Assembly: GCF_009914755.1 (NCBI RefSeq)
Contig: NC_060932.1
Source of the DNA: the human T2T-CHM13v2.0 reference genome, Homo sapiens
Direction: 5' to 3' (one strand)
Length of the DNA: 64,000 nucleotides
This document shows, piece by piece, positions 26,368 to 41,707 of the stretch (position 1 is the first letter of the stretch; every line of letters begins with the position of its first letter). Both the position numbers and the translations under genes were made by a program. The notes under the pieces are model-generated. The model was given only the letters and a program-made list of their open reading frames with translations, did not search any database and had not been told where the DNA came from.

Positions 26368-27967
26368 AATTTCTGCTGATTTCTGTCTTATTTTGACAAA
26401 GAAAGATGAACTTGATATCTCTTAAACTCTTTATCTTTCCTATTTCTTTGACTAAAAGCTTCCTTCTCAGTTTTACTTGGATAGAGCACACAATGCTGGT
26501 TTCTTCTCACAGACAGGCATTATACTACAAATGAGACTCAGAGCAGCTTTATATATTCTTCCTCATCTCTGTAAATCAATCATCAAAGAAAATATTTGCT
26601 TTCCCTTCATTTTCTAAAGGACAACAAAGACCAATAAACAATAACTCTCGGGGAAAAGCACAACTGATATAAAGACTAAAAATTTGCAAAGGAGACGAGA
26701 CTTAAAGAGAGGACTTCACTTCCTGAGAATGTTATCTATGAATGAAATGACAGCCATTTTGTAAGACATTTTTTTGTCAAGACCAATTTATGTAAGGTAA
26801 TCATGTGCTTCTTTTGTAGCAGATTTTTCAGATGTGATAGATGTTCAGTTAGCTTTAGAGTGTGGGCTCTTTTTATAGTAAATGATTGATATGTGTCTAT
26901 CAAGGTTTGATGTCAAAACATTCTAAATATGTGTACATACATATATGCATACACACATATATATGTAAATGTAAACACACATTTGAACATAATAAACAAT
27001 TATTTGTATGTAGGTGTGTTACTAAGCACTCTCTGAAGATCACATCATGGCTGTGAATATCTCATGTGTGTATTTAATATGAAAGTAAAGTATGTCATGG
27101 ATATATACTAATGAGAACTTAGTGAAGTGGAAGAAATCTTATTTTTCCCAAAACACGAACAATGTTTTCAAATCTCCTTTTTCCAGAAATAAAATTTAGT
27201 CATTCTTAAATAACATGCTATGAGCTGAGCCAACTTCTTTATGTGAAGCATCTATTTAGGGCGCAGCCACATATAGTCACAACCTTTACTTAGTCTTCCC
27301 TTTGATGTTCTGTACCTCCACATAAAATTGCACACTTGAAATGGATGATGCAAAAGGATTCTTCAAAATCAGGGTAGTTTCACTTAAGCCAGTCTAATTG
27401 AGGTTTTTCAATGATTTTACGACTTTAAAACTCAAAGTAAATAAATTCCTTTGTTAGAATCTCCAATTTCTTTCACACACACAAAAAAAGAAAGAAAATG
27501 TTAACCTACAAATTGCTTATGACTGGCGGTTCGAAGTTATAACTTTTTTTAAAGAAACTCCACTGTGGGAGGAACCTAATTTTGACCTTTATGTGCAGTT
27601 ATTCGAGATGATGTTTCATTCTTTTTATGTTTATAGAATTCAAAGAACCTGAAATTTCTTTTCAATTTCAAACTTACATTATTATAAATAAAGTACCCCA
27701 AGCTAAACGTAAGTGTTCCTCATTTTAGAACAAATTTTTAACATTTGGAAACTTATTCTTAGTGAGAAATGATACTTAATTATCATTCAAAGACTGAGTT
27801 TGTTATCATAATTGTGATCATTATGCCATGATAGCAGTAATACACCTTTATATGGATTAATTAATATAAGGAAATAACAGAAATCTTTATATCTCTGAAT
27901 CACAATATTTCAGAATAAGATCATGTGATCCATTTTGAACACTTTCATTTTACAGACGGTGCAAAGC

Positions 27968-28420
27968 AATAGAGTGTAATTGCTAGGAGCACAGATTTTT
28001 GGACTCAGACAAAACTAACATTGAATCAGCTCCGAAACCTCTTGGCCAGCATCCCTAGATACATTATTAAAATTATTCATAAAATATAGCTAACATTCAT
28101 TGTATACTTATCATGTGTCAAGCACTGTGCCAACCACCTTATACAAATACTCTTATTTAATTCTCACGACTTGATGACGTAGGTACTATTGTTATCTCCA
28201 ATTTGTAGACAGGGAAATGAGGTTTGGCAAGTTTTAATACTAAGATCGTGTTAGTTTGACACTAAAGGCTATTGTATTATATGCTACGCTATCCTGTACT
28301 TTTTTTTAAAGAAGCTTTGAGTCTCAATTTTCCTGAGTATTATATTGTATAACTTTAGAGCTTGTTTGTAATAATGAAATTAGTACTTATGTGAAAGTAA
28401 CTGGAAATAGTGAACTCAAA
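27968..28420. mobile_element. Plus-strand MIR split by a minus-strand MIR (~28080-28260)
   Basis: MIR 5' half at 27968-28070; antisense MIR (GCTAACATTCATTG..GTAGGTACTATTGTTATCTCCAATTTGTAGACAGGGAAATGAGG); then the MIR core resumes at GAGTCTCAATTTTCCT. Confidence 0.6.
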
Positions 28421-31400
28421 TTCTCAGCAATTAAAACTCCCATTTATCAATATCCAGCCTAAAGATAGTTTTGTTTTGTTATTATTGTTACACATAGAGT
28501 ATATCGCTTGTGCTTTATGTTTACTTAATGTCAATCACTATATAATGGCAATGAGTTTTATTCACTGAGAACATATTGGTTCAGATTTCTTCTACCTTAT
28601 CACATTTCTTAGGGCACACAAAAATAATTTAAAACAATTTCATGTTATTTAAGAAAATGAGATAATTTTAAATATTTAGAAAAAAAAGAAATGCTTAGTC
28701 TGCTCCTATAAATTGGACAAATTGAAGGTCAAGGGAAGTAGAGTTTCTTGAACCAAATGGGGACAGAAGCTTTTTGGATATGAATTTTTCATTTTATTGT
28801 GTGTTTCTGAGAGCCGTAATTTGGAATTTTCAATAGAAATTTTGAAGTGATAAAAGCTGGAAAATTAGAGCATCCTAGAATCTTGTTACAGTAAATGAAT
28901 GGACTCCACAATCATACTGCTTGGTAGGATCCCATAAATGGGTGCACTCAGCTTACTCTTTTAGGGGCTTCCTCTTGATCATTATGCAGGCACTGATGAG
29001 GCAAAATTACACGGTGAACTCATCACACCCGGGGTATGCACAGAATGGGCACTGCTTTCGGCTGGCTGTGGAGTGGTGTTGTACAAGGCATTTAACATCT
29101 CAAAATGAAATAATATGTGGAAAAGTTGTAAAGTGCTGTTCAGCTGAGAATCATTATGGCTAATGCTAATCCAATTCTAGTTATTTTGCTCTACAATGAA
29201 GACTAGGACTGGGGAGCACTCTGTAAACATACACTGACTTATGAATGTATAATTATAAAGTAATGAATTCTGCATTTTTCATTTTCGCTTGATAAATGTA
29301 TTCAGCAAACATTTATTGAGTGCCTAAATGTTTTATGGCCATGAATATATTTCATTTGCATGTCAAATTAAACATTTCAGAGAGGATAGGGATCACTGAG
29401 TATTTATCGAATGTCTTCTCTAACTTTGAAATTATTGTCCTAATCTCTACTCTGGCCTCATGCCTCAGTTCTCCCTTAGAATTCCCAGAAAGCAAGGAGT
29501 TATTGCTGCACAGCTAGCCACATGCTGCATCCCGCTTTCTGCTGCCAACTGCTTCTGACAAACCCATTTTTGATTTATATTTAGAAATGGGAGGCTAGAT
29601 AGAGGTGTGGAAAAGTATTTTTTAAATTATGTTCTGTGAGATTAAAATATATCAACCATTTACATAAAACAGATTTTTAAAGAAATTTTCTGAACCTGTT
29701 ATGACCATTCATTGATAAGGATCTAAGAATGGGAAGAAATAAAAGGCGAGTCTTTGTAGTCTACTTAAAATTTCATTTTTCACCAAATATTGGCTGGTAC
29801 TGGAATTTTTATATATGTAATATTTTTTCCTTGTATTAAAACACAAATTTCACTAGAAATTTTCTGACCTATCTTTTAGCAGGTTTATAAAAGTTCTTAA
29901 AACTTTTTTCAAGTTTAGCATTAATCTCATATACTTACAGTCCTTCCTTTTAGAACCTTTTTTCATTGCCAGTCTTGAAAAGAATTGGAGTTTTGTTTAA
30001 CTGCTTTGAGTAGTTATTATTAGCACAGCCCATTAAAGCCTGGTGTTTACCTTCTCAGAGAGAGCGAAGCAACAGGACTGAAGTGTTCATTGGACTTAAA
30101 TCGAAAGATTGAAAAGCAATTAGGACATAGTGCATTTAGTTGGAGTCTGAAGCATCTGTCTGAGCATTCATTCTATACAATGTCGTTCATAATTGAAATT
30201 AGAACTATTTAGCTGTAATTCTTTTTTAAGGTCCATTACTGAAATTGTAACACTAATGTCAGTGTGTGAATAAGGCTTTGAAATACAGAATAGGAGAATC
30301 TGCTTCCTAATTGGCAAAGTTTCAGGAGAGGAAGAACACTGACACATTCACATCCATAGACTGAAAGTGCAACGGATTTGTCATGTCGTGTTCTGCAATC
30401 CAAGAAAGTTATGTTTGCTGACAATGGATTCATTAGAACCTCTCTCCTACTGCCAACAGGCACAGGAAAAAATGAAATTTTTCTGGCAGTTCCCAATGTT
30501 GATGGAAGAATCAAAGTGGCCTTCAATGGGCCCTTAGTAAAAGGAGAGCTTTGTTTTGTGTTCCAGTCGGCCTGAAAACGGTCATTTTGAAACTCAATAA
30601 AGGTGTGTGTTCTAGGAAGTCAGAGTTGTTTGTTAATACACTAGGCTCCAACAGAGGAAGTTGGGTTAAATGTGTCACTAGAAAATTTATGATGCATGCA
30701 GAAGGCTTCCTGACTTTAGGTCCCTGAGGGATTCTGAATTAATAGAGAAAAATCAGAGGGAAAGCCTTTATTGTGAGCCACAAAATAGGATGACTCTGTG
30801 AGCTTCAGAATTAATTTTGGGTACATTTTTTCAAAATCAAATTTACTATTTTTTTTTGAGAATGCTTCAATGATTCAGTTAGTAATTTACTACAAGAAAA
30901 TCCTGAAAAGTGTGTGTGTTGCTGGGGGGAGGGGAGTTTGTAACCAATATTCTCATTAATACCTTATGTTTATTGAGTTTGACCAGTACCCTTAGCATTG
31001 GAGGAAGCTACATATCTTTCCTACTGCATTATATTTTTCTTCCATGTTTCCACAAAATATTACCCTACAGTGATTTCCGATACCCTTCACTGTGTCTGTT
31101 CATTCTGCTTCTTTTACTTAAAAGAGTTGGTGGTGGTACAAGAAACATAGAGAAAGATCTCTAATATCATAACATAGATGCCTAAGGTTGTTGAGACATA
31201 GGACTTTCTCTCTGGGTAATTATCCCCACATCTTCATCATTACAAGAAAGCATTGAAGGTTGTTTTGAATATTTTGCAGAATAGTTATAAATTATTTCTT
31301 AAGGATTAAATTTATCCATGAAATGCAAAGTGAAATTATTGCACAGTCTAAAGATACTCATATATTCAATTTCTATTGACTGCACTAATTTAGAATAAGA

Positions 31401-31617
31401 ATTGAAGTTATTCATATATAAGTTTCAGCAGTGAAAAACTGTATAACTGGTATCTCCAAGCACTTACCTGTCTGTAGATCAAAAACAAAGTTAGATTAGC
31501 AGTAATAACTCAAGACATTATTTTATGTGAGCTCACAAAGAGCCCTCTTGTTAGATGCTGACGGTGAACAATTGAGTATCCTTTAAGGTACTGACATGTG
31601 TAGCAAGCAAAACTTGT

Positions 31618-31885
31618 TGCTGTGATCAGAATGTTCGTGTCCCTCATGAATGCAATTAGTGCCCTCATAAGAGAGACCCCCAGAGAGATCCCTTGTTCCA
31701 CCACATGCAGACACAGTGAGAAGGCACTATTTGTGAGCCAGAAAGTAGGTCCTCCTCACCAGACAATGCATCTGCCTTGATTTAAGGCTTCTCAGCCTCC
31801 AGAACTGTGAAAAATGCATTTCTGTTGTTTACAAGCCATTTGGTTTTTGGTATTTTTGTTATAGTGGCCTGGACAGACTAAGACA
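31618..31885 (+). mobile_element. MLT1A/MLT1A0 LTR with internal deletion
   Basis: TGCTGTGATCAGAATGTTCGTGTCCC joins directly to TCATGAATGCAATTAGTGCCC; CAGCCTCCAGAACTGTGA; ends GACTAAGACA. Confidence 0.85.
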
Positions 31886-32264
31886 TCTGCCAAACTTTTA
31901 ACCCTAGGGCCTTTAAGCTGCCTAAAGCTGCTCCATTTTCTATTGCATAGTAAAGACTGTCCCTCTACCCATTATACGATACTAACTTTGAGCACTCTAA
32001 AGGCAGTGTTCCTTCCTGCTCTTAATTTTGGTGAAATAGGTTTTTATATATGTTATGTATGACACTGCATAATTCAAAATAAATTCATTTTGTTTTTTTA
32101 CACATTATCCACCTAAAGTGGAGAACTTTAGGCGGCTTGTCTAAAACATTTTCAATAACACTAAATACTACTTATTTCTTAACAAAGTTATTAAAACAAA
32201 GTTAAGCATATCCAAAAACGTATCCTAAATCTGTGTTTATTTTTTTTTCTTATCATATTTTTTT

Positions 32265-33198
32265 CCAATGAAAGTCAACTACATTTTTCCAGTTGTTCAG
32301 GCAGAATCCTTGAAATCACACTTGACTTCAGTCTTTCTTAGACCAGATTCTACAAAGCAGCAAATTTTGTTAGCTCTATCCTTAAACTATATCCCGAATT
32401 TGACCACTTTTGCTATCTCCACTGCTAACACTCTGTCCCAAGCCTTCATCACCTCTGCATGGTTTATTGCAACAGTCTCCTTTAAGTGATTCCTTTGCTT
32501 TGGTCCTCTGCCTCTAGAATCTGAAAGATTAAGAGAGATCCTCTCAATACACAAGTTAGATCCTTTGTTCAAAACTCTTCAGTGGAATTTCATCTCACTC
32601 AGACCAAATGCCAGAGACCTTACATAGTCCCATCTCCCACCCCTTCCCCTGCTGCCAACAATGCACTGCCTACTATTCTCTTTCTCTTTGGCTCCACAGC
32701 ACCCCATGACTCTTTATCAGTTCTCTTAGAGGCCAAGGTATCTGCTCACTTAGGTTAGTTGGCAAAGAACCTCTCTAACCACCCTACAGTAAGTGGCACT
32801 CCTGTCCCCAGCAAACATTCTCGATCTCCTTAACCCACTTTTTATTTACTTCTAATGTCATTCACCAAACACTCACTACAGACCTACCATGTTTCAGGAT
32901 TTCAGGCATCATTGTATGTATTAGGGCCAACGCATTCAACAAAAACAGTCAAAAACTCTGTTTTCATGGAATCTATATGCTGGTGCATCTTAAATTTTTT
33001 ATAACAGTATATATCTACAAGTTGGTGTTTTTGCTATTTTAAAAAATTATTATTGATTTTTCTCCCTGCAGGAAGAAAGCTGCATGAGAGCAGGGAATTG
33101 CTTTGTCCAATGCTAATCACTAAAGCTTAGAATACTGCTTGTTACATGGTAAGCACTAAATAAATAAATATTTTGTGATAAATAAATAAATAAATGAA
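32265..33198 (+). mobile_element. L2a 3' region with a nested antisense L2 fragment (~32860-32985)
   Basis: CCAGTTGTTCAGGCAGAATCCTTG..ATCTCCACTGCTAACACTCTGTCCCAAGCC..CATGAGAGCAGGGA..GTAAGCACTAAATAAAT..AATGAA terminus. Confidence 0.8.
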
Positions 33199-33689
33199 CA
33201 GAAATAAACCCAAAATGAGTTCTGCCTTCAATTTTCCTACAGATCAGGATTTGAAAACAGCCCCTCTAACCAACCTGCTTTCTGGACAACAGGCAAGCTA
33301 GAATTCCCAACAATCATCTGGATAGAGGAGTTTCTGGATTTAGAGATGTTTTTCAATGAAAGGTCAATCTCACAATGATAAATTATAAAAATAATGATAT
33401 TTTCATTCATAAAATTAGCTGGTATATACATTAAATAACAATGTTAATTTAAAAGAGTGTCATGCACTGGCACTCACAGGCTAGTGCAGGAATTGAATGA
33501 GCTTTCTGAAAAGCAAATTTGGTTTTATGCGTATGTTTCCCAGAAATTTAGCACCTATAAATTTATCTTATATAAATAATCAGAGAAGCCTACAAGTTCT
33601 GTGCAATGGTGGTCATGATGTTAATATTTATAGTAGTAAAATCTTCAAAGTAATAGACATGTTCAACAGAAAGAATAAATACAATTGAA

Positions 33690-33937
<248 letters not shown>

Positions 33938-34180
33938 TTTCAAAATCAGATGCTTCAGTTATTTGCTGTTTTCCACAGCCTTTTACAGAGCTTTGAACAC
34001 AGTACTTACTATGAGACTATTTATCATCATAAGCTAAAATGATCATAAATTATTATTTGTTGATTACCTAAGTATTTAATTTTCTAATATGATTTTGACT
34101 CTTTCTGGATAATTTCTTCCATTATCTAATATACTTCAGTGTTGATGGCCCCAGTATCAGACTAAAAGAGATGGCCTATA

Positions 34181-34181
<1 letters not shown>

Positions 34182-34219
<38 letters not shown>
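34182..34219. repeat. (CA)19 microsatellite
   Basis: Perfect 38-bp CA run. Confidence 0.97.
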
Positions 34220-34220
<1 letters not shown>

Positions 34221-36544
34221 GTACACTTTGTACACATCACACTTTATACTAAATGGACAATTACTACTGTAGAGGAATAGTGAAAGCCTGCTCTCTTAGG
34301 TTAGCTGAGAGCTTCCAAACTTGATGCAGTGTCTAGTTACCTCCCTATTCCAGGATGTCTATATTAGAGAAAGAAATTTTGGCAAGTTTCAGCGTGCTGT
34401 ATGAAGTGGTGAGAAAATAGATGAGGTTTGAAATTAACCATGCCAGGAAAAATAATGAAAACATTACAGCTTAAAATGTATAAATGTATTATAAGCCTAC
34501 GAACCAGCTGAAGGTGTGCCCGGCTTTGAGTGATGGCTGCCTGTATCCTGCCTTCTTGATAGCCAATAGCCTTGTCCAGCTGAGCTAACAAATTCCCAAT
34601 TCCACACTTTGCAGTCTCAGTGCACTTGCTGAACACCATTTCCCTTGTTTAATGATAAAATACGTCATTGTATGACTTTTGTGGGAGATGGTCCGAACTG
34701 CTGGTACATAAGCAACTTTAATACATCTGCTTGCATAAAGCATTGAAATCATGGTCTAGTTCACAAATGAGGAGTCCTAGAATTAGATGTACATTTTATC
34801 ACAAGAAATATGTTGATGACTCCATGGACAGCTAGCTACGATTCAATGAACCTGAGACAAAACCTCTCAGGTTATGTCGCCAGAAGTCAAGAAAGTTGAT
34901 TAGCACCTAAGGCTGTGTTTCTTTCCTTTTCATTTTGAGAGATAGCCATAGTGAAGGAAACTTGGGAAAAGCACAAATATTGCATTTTCATTTTGTTATG
35001 ATTTTCCTTTCATTCCTGTTTTATTTTGTATAGTATAAAAAGAAATAGTTTTGCTGACAGAATCAATTATTATCATTTTCATTCACACTTTTGGCAAAGC
35101 TCATGAAAACACCAGGCTATATTCTTTAGATTTCATTCAAATAAGTTTTCTTAGTTGTTCTTCATTTCTTCTTTCACTTTCTAACTTTGTTGACAAAGTC
35201 CATTCCATCAGAACTGAAAATATGCCATTCAGCACCTGTGTCCATTCTTATCTGTGCCTAGCCTTAAGAGAGAAATTTTAAACTAAATAACATGAAATAG
35301 CATTTAACTATGTGAGGTCAGCTGTCATACTAAACTTTTCACATTCTACAGATGAAAAGTGAATTTTTGTAGCTTAACCTCCAAAGCAAGAGCAGCTGGA
35401 ACTGGAGCTATTTTCTTTCTAATAAAGATAAAATCCTATTATAAACAACTCTAGAGAACACCTGAGTTGTTCCATTTCAGTGTAATTTTACTAAAGTAAT
35501 ACAAGTCTATAAATCACATTCTAGTCTGCACTGATAGAATATGGAAGTGAGTAGGGTCCAGTCTCTCTATAGTGAATTAACACTTGGAACAAGAAAGCAA
35601 GCATCCAATACACACACTGTACATTTTTTTTTCCTCTGACCTTCACTTTCTTGACTGATATTTTGTGAGAGATGTAGACTGCTTGGAGTTTAGACAGATG
35701 GGATATTTAGAGTTTAGGTTGGTGGAATATGGTGGAAAGGAACTGGGTGGAGGTTGCAGAGGAAATTAAGAACAAAGGGCTTAACTACAAGAGACCAGTA
35801 TCCCTATAGTTTCCACTACATAGTAAACTACTGAATGAAGCAATTTGGTAAGAACAGGGACTATCATTTAGAAAGGAAATCAGATAACACCCAGACTATT
35901 CTTTACAAGAAAACAATGTAATTAGTTTAACAAAATGCTGCTGTTTTCACAGGCAATCAGCCAGGATGTAGATCTCATTTGGCTGCATAAAAAAGGGTTT
36001 TGTGCTGATGTTGTGGACTGATATTTTACCTGTAGTTTCTCTAGTCTTGCCTGAAAAACAGCACCTTCTTATCTGCCCAGGGCCTTAAAAACAAACAATG
36101 CAAGTCCTTTATCAAGTATATTTACTTGCCTATTGGCATCATTTGTGGGGAAGCACAATTCATTTTCACCACTTTATTGCACAGAGAGAAAGAAGATAGA
36201 GATGGAGGAGGTGTCTGCTCTATGCTTCTATCACTAATTTATTCATACCTCTATCACAACACTTTCCATGTTATGTTGTAATGACTTCACTTCTCCAAAC
36301 TGTTATGCACCTTGAGAACTGTGCCTAGCATAGGATCTCAAAATATGGTTATTTATTAAGGAAGAAGATCTTTATGTCTTTACACATGTCAGTTCTGTTG
36401 TCATATGCTGCTCATGCTGTCAAGCTGAACAGCCTAAATGTATTTGCTTAAAACAGAATTTGGGAAGTTTCTTGAGAGGAATGGACACCAGGGGTTTTGG
36501 ATTCAGTTTTGTTTGTTAATTAAAAAAAAACCCACATACTAAAT

Positions 36545-36720
36545 AAACCACTATTAAACATGTGCCAGGTTATCTTCCTGCATAACTCTCTTAAAGCCCG
36601 TAAAACTCTATGAGGTAAAGATTATTGTGTCCATCTTAGGAATAGGAAAATTGAGGTTCAGGGAATTGTGTAGCTTATCTAATGTCTCTCTACTGGTAAG
36701 CAGCCAAGTCAGGACTAGTA
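36545..36720 (-). mobile_element. MIR
   Basis: TGTGCCAGG..AACTCTATGAGGTAAAGATTATTGTGTCCATCTTAGGAATAGGAAAATTGAGGTTCAGGGAA. Confidence 0.7.
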
Positions 36721-37532
36721 CTAGAAGGCTCAGTTGGGAGGGGAGGAAGGAGAGAGAAAAGAAGTATGGCTTTTTCCTCTGGGTACACTCTCCAGTATGG
36801 TGACTTTTCATTAGGTTTTATGTAGAATGTCAACAGGAAGTTTCTTAGGCCTGTGGAAAAGGAATTTCAGGAAGTGGTATGGAATAAAGTCTTGAAAAAT
36901 CAAGTCGGGAAGATCTGAAGAATTGATGTGAGTATGGTGCCTTTTTGTTGTTTTAACTTGCTTGCTCATTCATCAACTAGAGACTTGACCTCTCTCTCAG
37001 GCTTGCTCACTAGTAAGTATCAGATTAGAACCCACATCTTTCCATGACAAAATCCCTGCTCTGATGGACTGCATCATATTCCCTTCCTACTTCCCCATTC
37101 TGACTGAGGTGTGTCCTTAGCATCTACCATTAGTCTCAGTCATCACATCATCTGAAGACTGAAAATGGGAAGAAATAGTGCATATCAGTTTTCTTCCTCC
37201 CTACATAAGTTTTGAGAAGTGTGGTGGGCTGAATAATGTCTACCCAAAGACATCTACACTCTAATCCGTAGACTTGTGGTTAGTTTACCTTTTACAGCAA
37301 AAGAGAATTTTCAGAGTTGATCAAGGTAATGATCTTGAGATAGAGGAGATTATTCTGAATTATCCCAGTGTACCAGATAATACTCAGTAGGGTTCTTATA
37401 ACAGGCAGTCAGTAAGGCTAGAGTCAGTAAAAGAGATGTGACCATGTTAGGCTGCTGGCTTTAAAGACAGGAAGGCGCCCTGAGCCAAAGAATGAAGGTT
37501 GCCTTTAGAAGCTGGCAAAAGCAAGGAAACAG

Positions 37533-38352
37533 TATCTCAGTGCATTTGTGCTGCTATAACAGGATACTTGAGACTGGGTAATATAGGGAGAATAGAAATG
37601 TATGTGTTCACAGTTCTAGAGACTGAGAAGACCAAGATCAGGCACTGGCATTGGGTGAGGATCTTCTTGCTGTATCCTTATACAGCAGAAAGGAAAAGGA
37701 CAAGCGAGGACTAACCTTGTGTCCTCACAAGGTAGAAGAGCAGAAGACAGCAAAACTAGCTGAACTCTGTGTAACCCCCTTTTAAAAAGACCTTAATCCA
37801 ATTAACAAGGGAGGAGCCCTGATGGCCTAATCGCCTCCTAAAAGCCCCTCATCTTAATACAATTGACCTTTGAACACCACAAAACTTAGAGGCACTAACC
37901 CCCTGCACGGTCAAAAATCTAGGTATAACTTTTGACTCCCCTAAAACTTTACTACAAATAGCCTACTATTGACTGGATAACATAAACAGATTAACATATA
38001 TTTTGTATGTTATATGAATTGTATACTATATTCTTATAATAAGGAAGGCTAGAGAAAAGAATACGTTATTAGGAAAATCAATCATTAGGAAGGGAAAAAT
38101 GTATTTACTATTCATTCAGTGGAAGTGGATTATCATGAAGGTCTTCATCCTCCTTGTCTTCATGTTGAGTAATCTGATGAAGAGGTGGAAGTAGAGGAGG
38201 GGTTGGTCTGGCTGTTTCAGGGGTGGCAGTAGCAGAAGAAAATCTGTGTATAAGTACATCTGCACAGTTCAAATCCATGTTGTTCAAGGGTCAGCTGTAC
38301 TGTCACATAAGCAACACCTGAATTTTGGAGGGGACACATTCAAACCACAGCA
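37533..38352 (-). mobile_element. MST-family (MSTC/MSTD-like) LTR, split by Tigger2a
   Basis: TATCTCAGTGCATTTGTGCTGCTATAACAGGATACTTGAGACTGGGTAAT...GGGGACACATTCAAACCACAGCA; perfect 5-bp TSD AACAG (37528-37532, 38353-38357). Confidence 0.88.
37860..38297 (-). mobile_element. Tigger2a/MER28 MITE
   Basis: TIRs CAATTGACCTTTGAACA / TGTTCAAGGGTCAGCTG; TA on both sides; 438 bp. Confidence 0.9.
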
Positions 38353-39880
38353 AACAGGTTCTGCCTTAAAGCCTTCAGAAGGAGACATTCCTGATACCTT
38401 GGTTTTAGGATTCTGACTTCCAGAACTGTAAGATAATAAATTTGTGTTTTTTAAGTCACTCTTTGTGGTAACTTGTTATGGTAGCAATAGGAAACTAAGA
38501 ATAAGAAACAAAAGAATCCCTTCCTTCTGTGAGCTGTTGAAAAGAGAGAAATTTAACAAGGTTTAATTTCGTCAAAAGTATCATATAAGCCAACGACTGT
38601 GAAATGATCTAAAGTTTTTGTGAACAATAGATTGAACATACTAGACATGATTCAAAAACCTAGGTAAGGTTAAGATGTGTGACTTTCTACTTTTCCTTTT
38701 TACTGTAATACTTGAGACCTTGAGTCTTCTCTGATTTATGTATCTATAAACAAGAGTAAAGCAATGGGCTTGCCCACCTCATAGAAAGGCTGTTTAGCTT
38801 CATTTGGTGAAGCTTGTAAAATGCTGTGAAGATAATAAATGCTAATCTTTATTTAATCAACTAGGCAAGAAGACAATTAAATGAAAGACCAGGAGTGTGC
38901 CTTGCAGCATACTATCTGATGGAGTTCTTGTAGCTCAAACCAACAGAGACCTATATTTAAAATACAATTTCCATAATCTACCCCATCAAAGTGATAAATT
39001 AAGGTTTAAGGCTTCCAATTTCTTGTTTATCTCAACTGCTTAAATTCAATTGCTTTAATTAAAATTACATTGAGAATGCATTTTCCAATTTAGACTTTCA
39101 AAGGCCATTGGGAGTTTTGTTCCATTACATCCTTTCCATCTTATAATGTTTGAAAGATCACCACTTAATTTTCTCAACAGTGAAAGGAAATTTTCCTTCT
39201 TAAATTAATAGTTATTGTTTCAACTAACACGTCATACAGCAAGTCTGAAAATTGGCAGTTGCTAAATTAGCAGTGGGTAGAGATATTTTATAGCCATTTT
39301 AGCTCTGGAGTCTGTCTTTATGCTGTTCTTGATAACATACAGAGACATTATTTCACAGCAAAGAAATACACTCCAATCAATAAAGAGAGTAGAAAATAGT
39401 AAGAATATGCCAGTCACCTCAGGACAATTTAGCATTTGCTTGGTGACCCAAGAAGTAATCTGTATTTTATTATTTTATTATATTTTCAGGGCCAGAAGTC
39501 AAGAATAGGAGAGCAGCAGAAAACCACTAAATATGACAGCCAGCTTCACATGGGTAAATTCAGATGGTTGTGATGTGAAAGTCCCACCCATTCATCCCTT
39601 ATCCCTTCACTCTAGACATTACAAACCACCAAGACAAAAGGAATTCATTCAATTTCAAGGCTGCGGCCAACTTTCCTCCATCCTTCCTTCTTTTATTCTC
39701 TTTACATTTTAATATAATTCTAGATTTACAGAAACATTTCAAGAATAATATAAGGAACTGCTATACAGCCTTAATCAAGATTCAAAAGTTGCTTACATTT
39801 TGTCCAATTTGCTTTATTAATTCTCTGATTTCCTTTTTTCTCTCTCTCTGAACCCTTTGACAGTTAGGTGGAAACATCAT

Positions 39881-40801
<921 letters not shown>

Positions 40802-41382
40802 TAAATACTTCATTGTGTATTTCTTTAGTAAAAGTATATTCTCTTACATATTTTCTTTGACAAATTATCAAAATTAGGAAATTTAACATTGAAGTAAAAT
40901 GTTTTTGAAATTTATAGCTCATATTCAAATTTTGTCAACTGTCTTAATAAAACACTTTCTAGCTATTACTTTCTTAGTTCACAGTCAGATATTTCAATTA
41001 GTTGTCATGTCTGTGTAGTCTCCTTTAATTGGAAAGAATTCCTTAGCCTTTGTTTTTGTTGACCCTGAAATTATTAAAGGGTACAAACCAATTATTTTGT
41101 AGAAGAGTTCCTGTCTGGTGTTTCCTCATCATTAGGTTCAGGTTATGTTTGACAGGAAAACCATGATACATTTTATCGTTGGTGCCTATCAAAAGGCATG
41201 CACTATTTTTCCAATATTGGTAGATTTAATGTTATCCCTTTGTTATTGTGGTATTCATCAGGTTTCTCCACTCAGTAACTACTATTTCCCCTTTGTGATC
41301 AATATGCAATTTGTAAAGAAGATAACCTGAGGCCATATAAATATCCTGTACCTCATCAAACTTTAATCCTCTGTTTTTTTAA

Positions 41383-41707
<325 letters not shown>

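Larger units (their letters stand above)
37220..38503 (+). mobile_element. MLT1D-like LTR, split by a nested MST
   Basis: TGTGGTGGGCTGAATAATG...GAAGCTGGCAAAAGCAAGGAAACAG | insertion | AACAGGTTCTGCCTTAAAGCCTTCAGAAGG...TTCTGACTTCCAGAACTGTAAGATAATAAATTTGTG...GCAATAGGAAACTAA. Confidence 0.88.
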
